A DNA stretch of 63,028 bases, counting the filler, from Lenisia limosa (Eukaryota; Protista; Breviatea): assembly GCA_001655205.1 (NCBI GenBank). It is 13 parts of 13 records of this genome, joined end to end, with 100 filler letters (N's around TTAATTAATTAA, not from the genome) between each part and the next. Parts side by side here need not be neighbours in the genome. Positions count along the whole stretch, not along the records: positions 11,213 to 13,340 come from LPNZ01006516.1; positions 13,441 to 15,228 come from LPNZ01001261.1; positions 15,329 to 16,901 come from LPNZ01009760.1; positions 17,002 to 18,312 come from LPNZ01006313.1; positions 18,413 to 21,852 come from LPNZ01005473.1; positions 21,953 to 24,854 come from LPNZ01003991.1; 7 more parts are not named here. One strand, given 5' to 3'. The notes beneath the pieces were generated by a model. The model was not told the DNA's origin. It saw only the letters and a program-made list of their open reading frames with translations, and did not search any database. Position 1 is the first letter of the stretch, and every line of letters starts with the position of its first letter. The translations under genes were made by a program, and so were the position numbers. Shown here piece by piece: positions 11,764 through 22,889 of this stretch.

Positions 11764-12642
11764 TTACATCAGCACAGTGGATAGCACTGAGGACACGCTG
11801 GACAACGGGGTTGGAGCATGGATTCTTAATGCAAAAGTTATTTTGCTCGAAGTACCAATGAAATGCAGCCATGGTGCCCGAGATGGTGCTAGTCTGAATT
11901 CTAAATCAGTGTATCGAAAATGCAGTGAATGAACACATCTTCTTCCATTTCGCAGTGCAAACGACACAGTCGATTCCTTTAGACGGGCGGTTTCTGCAAT
12001 GATGGTAGCAAAATCTCTGCTTGATTTCGGAGCGTCACCTCGCCCTGACAGTTTCGATAAAGAAACATGTAAGGATTCAAGGTCACTGTTGGTTGTCCTC
12101 AACTTCAGCCCAAGGTGCGCATCTGGAATTTCTGTAAAAGGCACGTTCCTTGGACTGCATTGGTTTCCAACATAAAAAGCGACGATGTGCTTCTTGCAAT
12201 ACCCATTGCTGAGGAAAAAACAGAAGAGACCTATTCACAGGTTGTTTTTGTTCACAACCTGTCGAACCGCCATGAACTGAACCTCGAAATTTGGTTCCTC
12301 TTCTAGAGAGTGGTACGTGTTAGTCAGTCATGCCAGGACTAATCACGATCACTGAAACAATTACGCAAACCATCCCTGTCATGTTTGGCGACGGTGCCTT
12401 TCCAGTTCTTTCATTTCTGCCTTCAGTGCATCTTCAATCGCGATCGCAATTACCTGGGATGACACCTCTCTCGGTCGTGTACTACACTGTGTAAAGAAAG
12501 GAGGGCTCAAATTAAATACTTCCAAGAGCACTGTTGGAGCTTTTGATTTGTTCGAAGAACTCCACCTCAATCTCAGAAACTCAACCTTTTCATCACTGCC
12601 AAGCGGAGTTGGACACCCCACCCATTTATATATCCGCACCAC
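11764..12642 (-). CDS. Hypothetical spliced gene or decayed element
   Basis: Open frames 12379-12642 and 11764-12144, with an ACTAAC branch-like motif and CTAG acceptor near 12303. The joining frame is ambiguous. Confidence 0.3.
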
Positions 12643-12677
12643 TTCAAGAGCAATACTTCAGGATCGACCTGTCTGCG

Positions 12678-12840
12678 CTTTGTTTGCTTTGTTGTTATCA
12701 ACCTTTGTAAACTGTCAGCCAACAGAGATGATTTTGGGCTTTGTTTTTGTTTCATAACGTTTACCAATTTACTCCCTAGCGAGCTGAATAGGGCCACGGA
12801 TAAGGCCACTCTGTCCGCTCTTCGCGTCACTGCAGCATGC
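12678..12840. repeat. Dispersed repeat shared with 17825-18005
   Basis: TTGTTGTTATCAACC..TGT...CA.CCAACAGAG.TGATTTTGGGCTTT...CCAATTT(T)ACTCC occurs in both places. Confidence 0.75.
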
Positions 12841-13440
12841 CAGGTGGCAGGGAGGCTATATATAATATAATATAGTGTGATGTATGCAGATATGATATAT
12901 CGATATACAGTGTGAAAGGGGGTATATTACATGATTCGCTATTGTTTTTTTATTTTTTTTATTTTTTTTGTATTTATTTTTTTTGGGTGAGGGGGTATCA
13001 TTAATCGTATATTAACATATTTTATACGCTAACTATATGGCATTTCTCTTACTTTTATTGCAGATTCCGCTCATCATATAATTGCTATTTTTGATACCCT
13101 TCTATGTTACACTTCATTAATTCCTTGGTCTTTTTCTTTTTGACAATTTAGTCGAAAGTTGAAATCGACAAGGCCGTGGAGAATTGCGTATCTGCCATCC
13201 AAGGTGAGCGGTCATATTGTAAGAGCATCCCTCTTGAGAGGTCCATACTCCAGTCATCCTCCCTAAACTCTTTCCCCCATTCACCTCCCATCATCACAAC
13301 ATAACCCATCATATTATTTTAGCACCTCCTATAGAGAGACNNNNNNNNNNNNNNNNNNNNNNNNNNNNNNNNNNNNNNNNNNNNTTAATTAATTAANNNN
13401 NNNNNNNNNNNNNNNNNNNNNNNNNNNNNNNNNNNNNNNN

Positions 13441-13810
13441 TCTTGAAGTTCTAACAAAAATGAAAAATAAGTATATTCCACCTTCCATAATTGACCATCC
13501 ATTAATTATGTTTCCACCTAGTCTAAGGAGAGTGGAAATTGTTAAAGCTCTTGATAATGGAAAAGGTAAAAACCCATTACACTGGGTTAATACAATTAAT
13601 ATGGATGAATTCTTTGATGATGAATATCCTGAGTTAGATAAAACCTCTCCAGACTACAACGAAGAAATAATAAATTATCTTGTGAATGAGAAAACTTATG
13701 AGAAAGAATGGGGAAATTATTGGAAAAAGTTATATCCACATTCATCTAAATTAGTTGATGAGGTTAAGAAACAAAGATATAGAATTCTATTTGAGAATTT
13801 TGAAGAATAG
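13441..13810 (+). CDS. Intronless hypothetical protein, probably 5'-partial, giant-virus-like composition
   Basis: The frame is open from the scaffold edge (LEVLTKMKNKYIPP...), K/N/E/D/Y-rich with AT-rich codons, and has no splice signals. Confidence 0.7.
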
Positions 13811-13891
13811 AGAATAGAATAGAATAGATAAACAGATGAGTAAAAAATATAAAATTTATTTTTTGTCGATTAATTTGTATGTGATATTGAT

Positions 13892-14950
13892 TTATTTATT
13901 CATAATTCGTTGTTTCATTTCTTCTGAACAATATAATAAAGCATATCCACCATTACTTACAGCTAACTTACATAGCTCAAAATTGTTTCTCATTTCATCT
14001 GAACAATATTCTAAAGCCCATCCACTATTACTTACAGCTAACTTACACATCTCAAAATTGTTTCTCATTTCTTCTGAACAATAAAATAAAACACGTCCAT
14101 CATTACTTACAGCTAACTTACAAATCTCAAAATCGTTTCTCATTTCTTCTGAACACCATTCGAAACTCCGCGGATCATTACTTACAGCTAACTTACAAAT
14201 CTCAAAATTGTTTCTCATTTCTTCTGAACAATCTTCTAAATATTTTCCATAATNNNNNNNNNNNNNNNNNNNNNNNNNNNNNNNNNNNNNNNNNNNNNNN
14301 NNNNNNNNNNNNNNNNNNNNNNNNNNNNNNNNNNNNNNNNNNNNNNAACACCGTCCACCACCAGCTGCAACTAGCTTACAAAGCTCAAAATTGTTTTGCA
14401 TTTCATCTGAACACCATTCGAAACTCCGCGGATCATTACTTACAGCCAACTTACAAATCTCAAAATTGTTTCTAATTTCATCTGAACAATATTTTAAATT
14501 ATTTCCATAATTACTTACAGCAATCTTACTTAGCTCATAAATTCTTTCCTTATCACCTGAACAGTACCATAATCCATTTCCAGGATATAGTACAGCTATC
14601 TTACAAATTTCAAAATTGCTTCTTATTTCTTCTGAACAATATTTTAAAACCCACCCATCAGCACTTACAGCTGACTTACAAACCTCAAAATTGTTTCTCA
14701 TTTCATCTGGACAACTTTTTAAAATACATCCATGATGTCTTACAGCTATTTTACAAATCTCAGAATTGTTTCTCATTTCATCTGAACAAAAATCTATATT
14801 ATATCCGTTAGCACTTACAGCTAGCTTACAAATCTCAAAATTATTTTTCATATCATTTGGAAAACATTTAAAGTATGATGAATTTCCCCCAATTATTACA
14901 CTTTTATATAACTCAATTTGTTCTGAATCGTTTTTAAATGTGTCTGTCAT
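13892..14950 (-). CDS. DUF4116-type 25-aa tandem repeat protein, intronless
   Basis: About 12 repeats of CSEEMRNNFEICKLAVSNDG.AL.Y, matching the remembered DUF4116 pattern (L.NDREIV..AV..NG.AL.YAS). An N-gap at 14254-14346 is assumed to preserve frame. Confidence 0.8.
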   Translation of the reverse strand: MTDTFKNDSEQIELYKSVIIGGNSSYFKCFPNDMKNNFEICKLAVSANGYNIDFCSDEMRNNSEICKIAVRHHGCILKSCPDEMRNNFEVCKSAVSADGWVLKYCSEEIRSNFEICKIAVLYPGNGLWYCSGDKERIYELSKIAVSNYGNNLKYCSDEIRNNFEICKLAVSNDPRSFEWCSDEMQNNFELCKLVAAGGGRCXXXXXXXXXXXXXXXXXXXXXXXXXXXXXXXXYGKYLEDCSEEMRNNFEICKLAVSNDPRSFEWCSEEMRNDFEICKLAVSNDGRVLFYCSEEMRNNFEMCKLAVSNSGWALEYCSDEMRNNFELCKLAVSNGGYALLYCSEEMKQRIMNK

Positions 14951-16041
14951 TTCTAGATTAAAAAATAATTGAAAATTATTTCAATCAACTTTTGAAAAAG
15001 AGGTGTTTTTTATTCAACAATGAAAAACATTATTTTGATATATATTTTCATCATTCTATTAACTTCATCATTTCGGTTGTAGAAATGTTAGATTATTCTT
15101 ATAGGAAATATCCCATCAATTAAATATCCCAACCTTCTGATCATTTTATATTATACTATGTATATATCGATTTATATATCAATTTATATAAAATATTTAT
15201 TCATGCACAATGCACATGAACAGGATTANNNNNNNNNNNNNNNNNNNNNNNNNNNNNNNNNNNNNNNNNNNNTTAATTAATTAANNNNNNNNNNNNNNNN
15301 NNNNNNNNNNNNNNNNNNNNNNNNNNNNAATGGGAGATGATTTCAGGATGTTGTTTGAAATCACATTGCTCTGAAAGACCGATCTGGAGGGTTAGAAGAA
15401 ACGGGAAACCTACTGGAACATCACCAGGGGGACAAGTGTTCAGAATAAACGACTTTGCGGACCAAATCTAATTGAGCAGTTGAATTCAGATCAATGGAAC
15501 ATTCGATACCTCGAAGAAATTTCACCCACCCACCACCCCCTTTGTAGCACAGGATTGAACGCCTTGGGAATGGATAAACGCTTCCGTTAATCCACTAACC
15601 TGGGAGGAATTCTAAATTATATCTTGTCATAGCATGTCAATATAAACCCTTCATTTGAATTAAACTAGAGGTCAAATATTGAACTATAATCCAGCCTAAA
15701 TGTCAATAGGAAGGGAGGATAAGAGAGAAGAGGAAAGGGTAGGGTGACAAAGAATAATGTCGAGAGGGATAATGGAGAATAATGTCACACAAAAACGGGT
15801 AAAATTGGAATATTTACAAACAAAAGCCCAATCAACTGTGCAAGCAACAACAACAACAAAAAAAAAAANNNNNNNNNNNNNNNNNNNNNNNNNNNNNNNN
15901 NNNNNNNNNNNNNNNNNNNNNNNNNNNNNNNNNNNNNNNNNNNNNNNNNNNNNNNNNNNNNNNNNNNNNNNNNNNNNNNNNNNNNNNNNNNNNNNTAGTC
16001 TCAGACTGTCGGTAATATCGGATCATACACACCTGTCTACA

Positions 16042-16108
16042 TACAATGACCGGGATAAGTCTTGCCCGATTTGCTATCTATTTCCCAAGACTTATCCTGG
16101 TCACTGTA
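16042..16108. mobile_element. Family B MITE
   Basis: TA-CAATGACCGGGATAAGTCTTG...CAAGACTTATCCTGGTCACTG-TA. Confidence 0.85.
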
Positions 16109-17608
16109 TACTACTATTGCAAAATAATATTTTGTGTATACAGTGTAAATTAACTACTGACAAGGATATTGAACTAATTTAATCTTTTTCCAATATTACA
16201 TGACACCTCCCTACCACTGGCGAAAACGGTTTCGGTCTTTCCGTCTCCCAGGTGGCGTTCCTATCATATAAGTACACAGTCCTCGGGAAATCGAAGGAAA
16301 ATAACCCCACCATTTGGTTATATAAAAGCCCCTCCTAACCCCCTCCCCCAAAAAAAAGAAAATAATAAATAAAATTATTAAATAATAATAATAATAATAA
16401 TAGACAGTTTACACAGCCCAGTTTCAAATTCAATTATTCCTTATAGNNNNNNNNNNNNNNNNNNNNNNNNNNNNNNNNNNNNNNNNNNNNNNNNNNNNNN
16501 NNNNNNNNNNNNNNNNNNNNNNNNNNNNNNNNNNNNNNNNNNNNNNNNNNNNNNNNNNNNNNNNNNNNNNNNNNNNNCGTTTTAAGTCATTTTTGAGCTG
16601 GTCAGCGACTATTTATTTGTGTTCATCCCACGAAAAACAACTTCGTGGTCCTGGAAGAGGACGCAGAGGAGCAATCTAAATAGTCCGTTTAAGGATACAA
16701 CTCTTGTGTATAGTCTTTCTTGTATAATATAATTTCTCCTAAGCAATCACCAAGTTGGTTTAAACATGTGTACATCTGCAACTTGTGTATTTGTTACAAA
16801 AATTAGGTTTACTTAATTCATTTTTGGGACTCCAAACACTGTTTTATAACTCTCGAAAAACCAACACATTTAGTTAAAAAAAAAACACATATTTATGAAC
16901 GNNNNNNNNNNNNNNNNNNNNNNNNNNNNNNNNNNNNNNNNNNNNTTAATTAATTAANNNNNNNNNNNNNNNNNNNNNNNNNNNNNNNNNNNNNNNNNNN
17001 NCCCACTATCCATCATCCCCTCCCCCATAGAGAGTTGCTGTTGCCGTCACGCCCATTCTGGACAACAGTATCACCAGAATCCTGTCACCGTCGGTACAGG
17101 AAGTCACTAGGTGCATTCGGAACGTTTCTGGCTGCGAGGTGCTTTCGTGGGGGGGGGGGGGTTCTCATATGTAGTCAAAGCGCCGTTTGAAGGACAAAAA
17201 AATGGTAGTTATCGAAAAACATTTAGTAGTAATGAAACAAGGATATACAAATATACATATTCAGCGCCTTTGAAAAAATATGAAATATATTGAAAGATGA
17301 AATAAACACATACACACAGAATACAATATCAGTAAACAAAAAGAAGAGAAGAAAAGGGAAAACAATGAAACACTAATCTGAGGTGGCAGCGCAGCATACC
17401 ATGTGGAACCAAAACCTCCCGACAAAATGCTGTTGACATGCACTCATCGAAACCCCGGCGGCCACGGCGGAAGCAATCAAACCCAAGCGGAGGTTTGGTC
17501 GGCAGGCCAGGAAGACGACAGCGCTCACCGGGCAATATTTATACCGTCCTAAAATCCAAAGTATTTATGGAACCCTGGGGGCGCGCTGTTGGCGCTAACC
17601 GTTGGGAT

Positions 17609-17679
17609 CCTTCGTTGGTATACTGGTAATATTCTTGACTTTGGCTTAAGAGACCCGGGTTCGATTCCCGGACGAGCAA
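17609..17679 (+). tRNA. tRNA-like gene, anticodon TTG (Gln) on a Pro-like body, with acceptor mismatches at 1:72 and 2:71; possibly a pseudogene
   Basis: D-arm GTAT/ATAT with GG, anticodon arm CTTGA-CTTTGGC-TTAAG, T-arm CCGGG-TTCGATT-CCCGG. Acceptor CCTTCGT/ACGAGCA pairs only at positions 3-7. T-runs lie ~25-35 nt downstream. Confidence 0.65.
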
Positions 17680-18564
17680 TTCCCGACCCGCTCTCGCCAT
17701 TATTTTGTTTCTTTTTGGATTGTTGAGGGCGCCGGGCCTTTTTTTCTTAAAATCCGCTTCCCATTTTCCTTTGTGTTACAAATTAGCCCCGTCCCGTGCC
17801 CCATTTTTCATCAAAAATATCCTTTGTTTAGGCTTTGTTTTGTTGTTATCAACCCTTGTGTGTTGTCAACCAACAGAGTTGATTTTGGGCTTTTTTTAAA
17901 AAAAATATATATTTTCCAATTTTACTCCGCCAGTCCGGTCCTGGAGGCCATGCAAAAGGCCACCGGAGTGCTTCCGTCAGATACCGTCCTCACTGCCGCG
18001 CCATGGTGCGCTGACGTCAATGCGGCTCCGTAGGGGGGATTATTCAACAATGCGGCTCCGTAGGGGGGATTATTCAATTACGGTACTGTCAGTTCAAAGA
18101 ACCATATTGTGTTATGCATGAACGAACAGACTACAAGCAAGGTCGTTCAGTGTAGTTAGCACTGGAGGGGGGAGGGGTGCCATCATCAATATGCAACCAC
18201 TATGATATGTCCCTAATATATCATGTATTATGTAAAAATATACATGTAGTTTTATCACGAAAGGGAGTTTTCTTTAATCAGTGTTTCCCCCCTCAATTAT
18301 ATTTTCAAAAATNNNNNNNNNNNNNNNNNNNNNNNNNNNNNNNNNNNNNNNNNNNNTTAATTAATTAANNNNNNNNNNNNNNNNNNNNNNNNNNNNNNNN
18401 NNNNNNNNNNNNGGAGGGTAGCGGCATAGACATGGTGGAGGGTAGCGGCATAGACATGGTGGAGGGTAGCGGTAGTCTTTTTTTTTTGAGATCTGACATC
18501 ATTGCGTTTTATTGAAATCTGAAAACGCCCATTTAACTTATCTCTGAGATCTTACCCCCTTCAG

Positions 18565-21500
18565 GCCCGGGCAAATAGAAAAGTTCATCATTGCCTCTGC
18601 TCCCTATGGGAAACGGTGGAACAAAATCAAGACAATTGTAGGAGGTTACCAAGCAAAATTGAAATGTCCTAAACCCTAGTCCCATTTTTTACTGGACAAC
18701 ATGAGTGATTTTCTTCTTTCTATTGTCAATTTATCTTTTATATTGTGATGTTCTTTCCATTTTCAATTGATTCTTTAGATTGAAGACTATGTCAGCAACC
18801 CTGGGTTATTGGAAGGGTGAGATTTCTTGGGGTGTGGGAATTTGGCATGGGACTCATCCCTACACATCTGCTCTGACTCATCCCTACACATCTTACTCTG
18901 ACTTACCTGCAGTTCATGGTCTCAGGACCCGACAAGCATTATGGCTAAAAGTCTCAAGGACATTTCTTCCATTTGGGGTGTTGGCCAGGCAACAGCATTG
19001 AAATGGTGGGCAATGTTGAAGTAGCGTTATAAAGGTTGCATTTACTATTTTGTAGAAAAATTATTTTTTTCTTTTACAAAGAAACTTGAGTTTTTTTCTT
19101 ACTCTATATCTATTGATAATTGTCGACATTACGTCTCTTTTTGGGAAGGAAATACCCACTAACCCGATAGGTACAAAGAAGGTGCTCGAACGGTTGACGA
19201 CGTCCAAACAATGTCTTGCGATAACAGAATAACTTTAACAGGTTTTGTGGGTATCTTTAGCAGGTTTGGTGGATTTGGGTGGTTTGAATATAAGGCATAT
19301 TGTATCACAGTTATATAACATATCACACCGTCCATATATCTGTGAATTTTTTTAAATATACGAAAATTTTTGCTAAAAAAATGGCATGTAACTAAGAGAA
19401 TTGTCGTAACCCTCTTGTTGCTAACAAAAATGACAATAACTTTTATTTGTTGATGACAACATTTTGATTTTGGCGAGATTGCTGCTTNNNNNNNNNNNNN
19501 NNNNNNNNNNNNNNNNNNNNNNNNNNNNNNNNNNNNNNNNNNNNNNNNNNNNNNNNNNNNNNNNNNNNNNNNNNNNNNNNNNNNNNNNNNNNNNNNNNNN
19601 NNNNNNNNNNNNNNNNNNNNNNNATATATGGACGGTGTGGTATGTACAATGATATTATATATACTAATATGTCGTTGTGCTACATAAATTGTTTTCGAAA
19701 ACAAGCTGATAAACTTGGATTCTCGATGTTTACATGTCTCCCGTGACATCGTGTAGCAAACCAAAAGATTGGCTTAGACCTGCACCAAGAGCTTGAAGTA
19801 GGTCCAAGTATCAGATTTCATATTATTGGAGAAGAATACGCTTCATCGACTAATGTGATTCAACACCATTGTTCATTTTAGTGACCTTAACTGTATTTTA
19901 GGAGAGAATTCCGCGCTCAGAGTGTCTGGAAATTGTCGAGACAGTTAGGGGGGGGGGGGTTCCTAATAAACTGAGCTTCACTTTGTATCATTTCCTCCCA
20001 AAATTGAAAAACAGTCACAGCTTGGTGTTATTTTTTGTTCTGGTTTGGTAGCGAACTAATCAGGGTGGTAGCGAAATAATCAAAGATGTAACGAATGTGT
20101 GAATGGTGCAAAACAGTCGAAATGAGAGACATCTTAAAGAGAGAGGAACCCCGGCGAAATTGAACAAACCAGTTCAAACAGTTATGCATACCGATAATTT
20201 TGAAGGAAAGGAGTAAAATATATCAAAATTGGGAGCAAAACAAAGAGTTCTTCAAACCACACCATGAATGGATAGAAATTCCTTCTCATAATGTCTTGCC
20301 ACTGATTGTCCTCAGCCTTCCTTTTCAGGTGTCGCTTTCTCTTGGTGACAAGAATTCTCTTGTACTCGTTAACACAGGCATCAGCGAAGGTCACCTTGCT
20401 GCTTTCCCGAGTATCGCTGGCGCTAAAATGCCTCTCAAGGTTATCCTGCGTGAAAAATGTCCGGCAAGCCTGTAATATCCACATCTAGCAGTAGTTGCAA
20501 CACAATCGCATCCTGTCGTACCTTGTTGATGAGGGCGTCTCCCAATACAGGGCCCCAGCACAGCTTAAGGGTTTCGGTTTAGCACTCACACGGCGTTCTT
20601 GGCTACAGCTAATGAGAATCTCTTGAAATACAAGAGGATTATTGGTCTGAAATTCACAGTTGCGACTGTTTAAACACCCGTCCGAAAAAACAAATAAGAC
20701 TGTCAATACAAACACCCACTTAGAAATTGCACCAGTGCAGGCGTGCAGTGGTGAGGACCTGGTTGTTTTACCCCAGTGATTCAGCATAGTATGTAAAATA
20801 GGAACCCAAACACCCACTGAATTTCAATAAAAACTTATCTTTTGGCGTCTTTTGGTTCCACAGTTTTTACTGCTTTGCAGCCAACATTGTGCCCCTTGCT
20901 CTTTCTTTTAATTGTTCTCCTTTCTTCTTTGTATCTATTGAAAAGATTTGACCGCCATAAAACTTGTTTTTTTTTATTTTTTTTTTCTTGTAGCGGCCTG
21001 ATAGAGCTGTGTGAACAAACTTCAATGTAACTTCTCAGGTGGTTGCTGCTCTTGCGGAAGAGGCGGAAACTCTCATGCCCTCCGCACCCAAAAACGGATA
21101 TGTCACTGTGTATCAGCCTAAAGGTGTCACACGAATGTGAGGGTTCCTGGATATGTATATGGGTATGGATCTTACTATGGATATGGATTTGGATATGTAT
21201 CTGGATATGGATATGGATATGGCTTCAATTCAGTCGAAGCAAAAAGGAATTTATCAAAGTATTTTAAAAATTAAAGTTAAGCCATACCATCAAGTTGTAG
21301 TGTAGTTATCACTCCTTCTTATATCAACGGCTCTAGGCGCTTCAGTGAGACATGGACCTCCGAGTCAGACCAAGTACTGGGCACCCAGGCTTTGGACCAT
21401 TCTAACCCGCTTTATGAGTCAAACGGTTGGTCAAAGGAAGGCATTTCGGGAGGCGATTAACTCTTTATTAATATTGTTATGTGAGTAATTTAGTGTCCAT

Positions 21501-21614
21501 TTGGCTCCAAAATTATATGACCAAATGATAATAACAACCATCGTAAATTTAACCCCATAGAGACGGCCACGTCCCTCCCCTTCCATGTCATTTGCTGCGG
21601 AAGTTATAGAAGAG
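18565..21614 (+). CDS. DNA polymerase X family (Pol lambda/beta-like), partial
   Basis: Spliced motifs DISSIWGVGQATALKW|YKEGARTVDDV, IGLDLHQELE|ERIPRSECLEIVET and FHVICCGSYRRG appear in the canonical order. Confidence 0.8.
19321..19642. mobile_element. Family F TIR element in a Pol X intron
   Basis: CACACCGTCCATATAT at 19324 and its reverse complement at 19624. The same left end recurs at 62956. Confidence 0.75.
20182..20760 (-). CDS. Small spliced hypothetical gene, antisense within the ~1.1-kb Pol X intron
   Basis: Phase-compatible GT-AG exons give PHHCTPALVQFL|IATVNFRPIILLYFKRFSLAVAKNA|LCWGPVLGDALINK|ACRTFFTQDNLERHFSAS...VTKRKRHLKRKAED. The start was not found. Confidence 0.4.
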
Positions 21615-22661
21615 GTTTGCAAGGGCAAAGAACGGCTTGGGGATTGAACGTTAATAACGTGGCTAAAATGGACGTTTTCTCTTCTTACAAATGCCAAGAT
21701 CATGTTGGTATATGTGATGTCCACGTTCTGAAAAAGACACGTAATATATTGATAGTTTATGAAAACATAAAGATTCAACATTGTTTTAGGACTTTAGAAG
21801 AACCTTAGCGTTACAGTTAGAATCCTCTCTTCCCCTGCCCCCCTCCAGTCTCNNNNNNNNNNNNNNNNNNNNNNNNNNNNNNNNNNNNNNNNNNNNTTAA
21901 TTAATTAANNNNNNNNNNNNNNNNNNNNNNNNNNNNNNNNNNNNNNNNNNNNGGGTGAACAGCTTCGGTCTTGTTATATTTCTTACTTCAATTGTAAATG
22001 CACATCTCCATAATATTGGAGTTGTATGACAAATCCCCGTCAATAAACTTAGACAAAATGCCCTTGTAACGTCTTTTTGGGTTACCATTGAATCCCTATT
22101 TAGTTGAATGTAACGTCATTAGAAAGTCGAAGGGTTCGTGTTGCAACAAGAGCATGTCGGGACACACTCTTCCCCGATGGTAGGGATGGTGTGAACAATA
22201 GAATATAATACTGGGAAATCCAACCCAACAAGCGCAACAGTGTGGAAGTGGGTGAACAGAAATTTGTTGGAAACTCGGGCTTCACTTTAGTTCTGGTACA
22301 ACACAGAAATTGTCCGGTCTTTTTCGAACCAAAACGAAGCCCAATTTGAAACTTTTATTCTTTTCACGCTTTTTCTTTCCAGGCAAGTTTGCTCGGCAGC
22401 TTGTGACCTTCTTCTTCAGAANNNNNNNNNNNNNNNNNNNNNNNNNNNNNNNNNNNNNNNNNNNNNNNNNNNNNNNNNNNNNNNNNNNNNNNNNNNNNNN
22501 NNNNNNNNNNNNNNNNNNNNNNNNNNNNNNNNNNNNNNNNNNNNNNNNNNNNNNNNNNNNNNNNNNNNNNNNNNNNNNNNNNNNNNNNNNNNNNNNNNNN
22601 NNNNNNNNNNNNNNNNNNNNNNNNNNNNNNNNNNNNNNTCATAGCCTTGCTATCTTATAAC

Positions 22662-22752
22662 TAGGGCTTCCCTACAGTCCAAAAAGACCTTAATAGTATC
22701 GATACTTAGAGGGTTTATCGAGGAATTCAGTCTTTTTTGGGCTTATAACCTT
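22662..22752. mobile_element. Family A MITE, degenerate
   Basis: TAGGGCTTCCCTACAGTCCAAAAAGACC...TATCGAGGAATTCAGTCTTTTTT. Confidence 0.6.
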
Positions 22753-22889
22753 ACCATCCCTATTACCCTGACCTTGCCATCTTTTTATCTCCTTCTGATG
22801 GCCTTGTTTTTCTTGCAATACTGCTCTTCACCCCTCCCAATCCCATCTTTATGTCGTATGATGGGTTTAGGCCACAGTCCGTGATCCAT

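Noticed and set aside
12145-12300. GYCKKHIVA as a SWIM zinc finger of a Mutator transposase
   Set aside because: The upstream CxC is missing, an alternative splice frame reads equally well, and no DDE motifs were seen.
13892-14950. 75-nt periodic repeats that could be mistaken for a CRISPR array
   Set aside because: The period is a multiple of 3 within one open frame encoding 25-aa protein repeats.
15329-15640. Stop-riddled coding-like tract, possibly a LINE 3' relic
   Set aside because: No RT, endonuclease or zinc-knuckle motif could be read, so there is too little support to call it.
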